The notes under the pieces are model-generated. The model was not told the origin of the DNA. It did not search any database and saw only the letters and a list, made by a program, of their open reading frames with translations. Positions 60,681 to 64,000 of a DNA stretch of 64,000 bases are shown in pieces (the stretch's first letter is position 1; every line of letters begins with the position of its first letter). Origin of the DNA: an uncultured Thermoleophilia bacterium (GTDB lineage: Bacteria > Actinomycetota > Thermoleophilia > UBA2241); NCBI GenBank assembly GCA_963696935.1, contig CAVOMB010000061.1, forward strand, positions 8,089 to 72,088, in the 5' to 3' direction. Both the position numbers and the translations under genes were made by a program.

Positions 60681-61775
60681 TCAGTCGCCGGAGACGGCGA
60701 GGCCGGCCTTGAACGCCTGGATCGCGTCCACGGGCGTGGGGTCGACGCCGTACAGCAGGGCGAGATAGCAGGAGACGAAGTCGCCCAGTTGCACCAGCGA
60801 GAAGAGCCGCGCCAGCGCGGAGTCGCCGCGCGCGGCCACCAGCTCGCCGGCCACGCCGAGCGCCTGATACTCGCGTGAGGTCAGCTCCGCGCGCCTCGTG
60901 AGGCGCTTCTCGGCCTGGAGGTCGTGCAGGAACAGGGCGACGGTGGCCTGGCTCACGTGCGGCAGACTGGTCCAGCCCATGAGCTCGTTGTGGTCGAGCT
61001 CCGGCAGTTCGTTGAAGAAGGCCGGAGCCTTGGCGTTCTCGTTGATCTGGCCCTTCCAGCGCCTGGCGACGGGCGCCGTGGGCCCGGCTCCGTACACCAC
61101 GACCAGTCTGTTCTCAAGTAGGCGTGCCAGCGCCTTCGCCGGGTTCTGTCCGTCGCCGCAGCCGGGGTCGAGCAGGTCGTTGTCCGCCTCGAGCTGCGCC
61201 ACGGTCCCGGCCACGTCGGCGGCGTGGTCGCGGCACAGGCCCGCCGCCTCCAGTGTCGCGAGCAGCGCCGTGGAGAGCGACCCCACGGCCGCCCGCGGCT
61301 GGCCGTCGCCGGGGATGGTGACGAGCGGCAGGCCCTCGCGTTCGGCGAACGCGCCGAGGCTGCCGCCGGACGTCACGCACACGGGCGCGCCGCCACGCGA
61401 CCGCGACTGCTCCGCGCACGCGAGCGACTCTTCGGTCTGGCCCGAGTAGCTGGCCACCACCACGAGCGTCTCCGGACCCACCCACTCCGGCAGGTGGTAG
61501 CCACGCACCACGGCGGCCGGCACGGCCAGACCGGGCAGCGCCGCGAGGACCAGGTCGGCGCCGATGGCGGAACCGCCCATCCCGCAGACCACGAGCCCGC
61601 TGGGCTCGGCCGGCGGGATCGCCGGAAAGGTCCCGAAGAACGCGCCGGCAAGCCGCGCGCGAGCGTTTTCGTACCCGTCGCGGAGCTGGCTGGGCAGCCC
61701 GGCGACCTCGCCGAACATGCCGGAGGTGTCGATCTCGGCGACCCGCGCCGGGCCCAGCTCGATAGCCGCCGCCAT
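60681..61775 (-). CDS. Bifunctional phosphoglucose/phosphomannose isomerase (SIS domain)
   Basis: VVCGMGGSAIGADL, VVASYSGQTEES, FFNELPELDHNE, and the 364-aa length match the family. Confidence 0.85.
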   Translation of the reverse strand: MAAAIELGPARVAEIDTSGMFGEVAGLPSQLRDGYENARARLAGAFFGTFPAIPPAEPSGLVVCGMGGSAIGADLVLAALPGLAVPAAVVRGYHLPEWVGPETLVVVASYSGQTEESLACAEQSRSRGGAPVCVTSGGSLGAFAEREGLPLVTIPGDGQPRAAVGSLSTALLATLEAAGLCRDHAADVAGTVAQLEADNDLLDPGCGDGQNPAKALARLLENRLVVVYGAGPTAPVARRWKGQINENAKAPAFFNELPELDHNELMGWTSLPHVSQATVALFLHDLQAEKRLTRRAELTSREYQALGVAGELVAARGDSALARLFSLVQLGDFVSCYLALLYGVDPTPVDAIQAFKAGLAVSGD

Positions 61776-61776
61776 C

Positions 61777-63126
61777 TCAGCCCTCGAGGATCACGGAGAG
61801 CACGAGGTCGCGCTTCTCCTCCATGAGCTCCTGCGAGTCGGCCCCGAGGTTGAGGCGCAGCAGCGGCTCGGTGTTGGACGACCGCACGTTGAAGTGCCAG
61901 TCGGGGTAGTCCACGGAGATGCCGTCGAGGTGGCCGAGCTCGCCGTCGGCGAAGCGCTCCTCGATGCGGGCCAGCGCCGCCGGCGCGTCGTCGACCACAG
62001 AGTTGATCTCGCCGCTGATGAAGTACTTGCTGCGCAGCGGCTCCAGGAGCTCCGCCATCGTCGCCTGCTTGCGCGACATCAGGTCGAGGATGAGCAGCGC
62101 CGGGATGAACCCCGAGTCGGCGTTGTAGTTGTCGGCGAAGTAGTAGTGGCCGGACACCTCGCCGCCGAACAGGCCTCCCTCGCGGCGCATGCGCTGCTTG
62201 AAGAAGGCGTGCCCGACGCGGTTGAGCAGAGGCACGCCCCCGTTCGCCGTGATGACGTCGGGCACGGCGCGGCTGGCGCGCAGGTCGTAGAGGATCTTCG
62301 CGCCCGGGTTCTTGATCAGCAGAGCCTCGGCGAGAAGCGCGGTGACGAAGTCGCCGGGCACGAACTCGCCGACCTCGTCGATGAAGAAGCAGCGGTCGGC
62401 GTCGCCGTCCCAGGCGATGCCGAGGTCGGCCTTCTCGGCCACCACCCGCTCGCGGATCTCGCGGCTGTTCTCCTCGAGCAGCGGGTTGGGCTCGTGGTTG
62501 GGGAACGTGCCGTCCACCTCGAAGTACATCTCGACACGGTCGAGGGCCGTGCCCTTGAAGACGAGGGGCGCGAGCTTGCCGCCGACGCCGTTGGCGGCGT
62601 CCATGACCACCCTGTACGGACGGAACCCACTGGGGTCTACCAACTTGTGCAGATGCTCGACATAGGCCGGATAGATGTCGCGCGTCTCGAGCATGCCCCG
62701 GTGAGACATCGCCGGCAGGTCGGTCAGCGCCTGGGCGCGCTCCTTGAGCTCCGGGATGCCGGAATCTCCGCTCAGGGGCAGCGCGCCGTCCTGCACGAGC
62801 TTCATGCCGTTGTACTGCGGCGGGTTGTGCGACGCGGTCACCATGGCCCCGCCGTCCAGCCCGTGCGAGGCGACGCCGAAGTACAGCATCTCCGTAGGCA
62901 CGAGGCCGAAATCCACGGTCGCCGCGCCGGCTGCGGCCGCGCCGGCCGCGAACGCCTTCACGAGGCCTGACGACGAGGGCCGGGGGTCCATGCCCGCACC
63001 GAGCCGGGACGCGCCCAGCTGCTGCGCCAGGGCGCAGCCGATGCGCTCGGCGGCGGCCTCGTCGAGCTCCTGCGGGTACAGGCCGCGGATGTCATAGGCT
63101 TTGAAGATGCCGTCGGGGATGGTCAT
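61777..63126 (-). CDS. manB: Phosphomannomutase/phosphoglucomutase
   Basis: FKAYDIRG, MVTASHNPPQYNGMKL (active-site Ser), GIAWDGDADR, and GGEVSGH match the family. Confidence 0.9.
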   Translation of the reverse strand: MTIPDGIFKAYDIRGLYPQELDEAAAERIGCALAQQLGASRLGAGMDPRPSSSGLVKAFAAGAAAAGAATVDFGLVPTEMLYFGVASHGLDGGAMVTASHNPPQYNGMKLVQDGALPLSGDSGIPELKERAQALTDLPAMSHRGMLETRDIYPAYVEHLHKLVDPSGFRPYRVVMDAANGVGGKLAPLVFKGTALDRVEMYFEVDGTFPNHEPNPLLEENSREIRERVVAEKADLGIAWDGDADRCFFIDEVGEFVPGDFVTALLAEALLIKNPGAKILYDLRASRAVPDVITANGGVPLLNRVGHAFFKQRMRREGGLFGGEVSGHYYFADNYNADSGFIPALLILDLMSRKQATMAELLEPLRSKYFISGEINSVVDDAPAALARIEERFADGELGHLDGISVDYPDWHFNVRSSNTEPLLRLNLGADSQELMEEKRDLVLSVILEG

Positions 63127-64000
63127 GCGCGTTCTCTCTTCCTGAGCTGTTCGTAGAACTGCACGGAGTTGTCCGGCAGCTCGGTCTCCGGGTACAGGCA
63201 GATCCCGCCGGTCAGCCGGTTGCCGGCGCCGACCACGCAGTTCTCGCCGAGGACGGCGCCTTCGAGCTGCGTCCCGACGCCGACGCTCGAGCCACGCACC
63301 AGGATGCTGCCCTCGACCTTGGCGTGCGCGCCGATGACCACGTCCGCCTGCACGACCGCCTGGGTGACCGTCGCGCCCTCGCCGACGCTGCAGCCGTCAC
63401 CCAAGACCGTCAGCGGGCCGACCCGGGCGCCTGCCGCGACGCTCACGCCGCCGGCGATGTAGCACGGGGGCACCATGCGAGCGCCCGGAGCGACGACCGC
63501 CCCCGGCGCCACGTACAGGTACTGGGGTCCGAGGGCCTCGCCGGCGCTCGTCTCGAGCTGCCGCTCGAGGATGTCGAAGTGCGCCTGCAGGTAGCTGTCC
63601 GGTGTGCCGATGTCGCGCCAGTACCCACGGTCCACGTGACCGTACAGGGAGCCGGCCGCGGCCAGTTTGGGGAACACCCCGCGCTCGATCGAGAAGAGCC
63701 GGCCGCGCGGGATCATCTCCAGCATCTCCGACTCCAGCACGTACACGCCCGCGTTGATGAGCGCCGTGCCCTCCCACTCCCCGGGCTTCTCCAGGAAGCT
63801 GGCCACGGAGCCGTCTTCCCGCAACTCGACCAGACCGTAGCGGCGCGGGTCGTCGACCGGCGTGAGGAAGATGGTGCCCATGCCGCCCTTGGCCACGTGC
63901 GTAGCCGCGAGGGCGGTGAGGTCGACGTCGCTGAGCACGTCGCCGTTGAAGACGAAGAAGCTGCCGTCGTGGAGCACGGCCGCGCAGTTGGCGATGGCGC
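63123..64000 (-). CDS. Mannose-1-phosphate guanylyl/NDP-sugar pyrophosphorylase, 5' end outside window
   Basis: FVFNGDVLSDVDL, RRYGLVE, INAGVYVLE, and YWRDIGTPDSY, followed by hexapeptide repeats. The reading frame is open to the window edge. The stop overlaps the manB start. Confidence 0.85.
   Translation of the reverse strand, partial: AIANCAAVLHDGSFFVFNGDVLSDVDLTALAATHVAKGGMGTIFLTPVDDPRRYGLVELREDGSVASFLEKPGEWEGTALINAGVYVLESEMLEMIPRGRLFSIERGVFPKLAAAGSLYGHVDRGYWRDIGTPDSYLQAHFDILERQLETSAGEALGPQYLYVAPGAVVAPGARMVPPCYIAGGVSVAAGARVGPLTVLGDGCSVGEGATVTQAVVQADVVIGAHAKVEGSILVRGSSVGVGTQLEGAVLGENCVVGAGNRLTGGICLYPETELPDNSVQFYEQLRKRERA

Overview
Very GC-rich (about 70% by eye), actinobacterium-like chromosomal segment. 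I support about 60 protein-coding genes, one tRNA, several gene remnants and a set of GC-rich hairpins. I saw no CRISPR array, transposase, integrase or rRNA. Most long ORFs in the six-frame track are antisense or out-of-frame shadows typical of high-GC DNA.

Gene content, left to right:
- OmpR-type and NarL-type two-component systems, and an APC permease fused to a USP domain.
- Two nitroreductases and a PaaI thioesterase.
- A secreted multihaem c-type cytochrome fused to an Ig-like domain.
- An orphan TIR-like protein.
- A BKACE enzyme with a class-III aminotransferase, two adenine/adenosine deaminases, and SDRs.
- Two membrane proteins that share a near-identical proline-rich tail.
- An MFS exporter.
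- A corrinoid (B12) methyltransferase locus at 21.9-30.8 kb.
- A complete trpEGDCFBA operon.
- A decayed crcB-DUF190 pair, tRNA-Val(GAC) and a DEAD-box helicase.
- Two c-di-GMP signalling proteins.
- prfB with its programmed +1 frameshift.
- The conserved comF-hpf-secA block.
- A translationally coupled array: mtnA, ahcY, PGI/PMI, PMM and NDP-sugar pyrophosphorylases.

The most interesting region is the corrinoid locus. Two paralogous modules, each [GntR regulator -> corrinoid protein | corrinoid protein -> URO-D-family methyltransferase], lie in mirror orientation around DUF1638 and a decayed G3E GTPase. No recognisable methyl-acceptor methyltransferase or RACE-type activase is present in the window.

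A cross-cutting observation is the unusual number of frameshifted or truncated genes, often at G/C homopolymers and sometimes as compensating pairs. This could be real gene decay or assembly error. All functional calls come from reading the translated ORFs against remembered family motifs. No database search was run.
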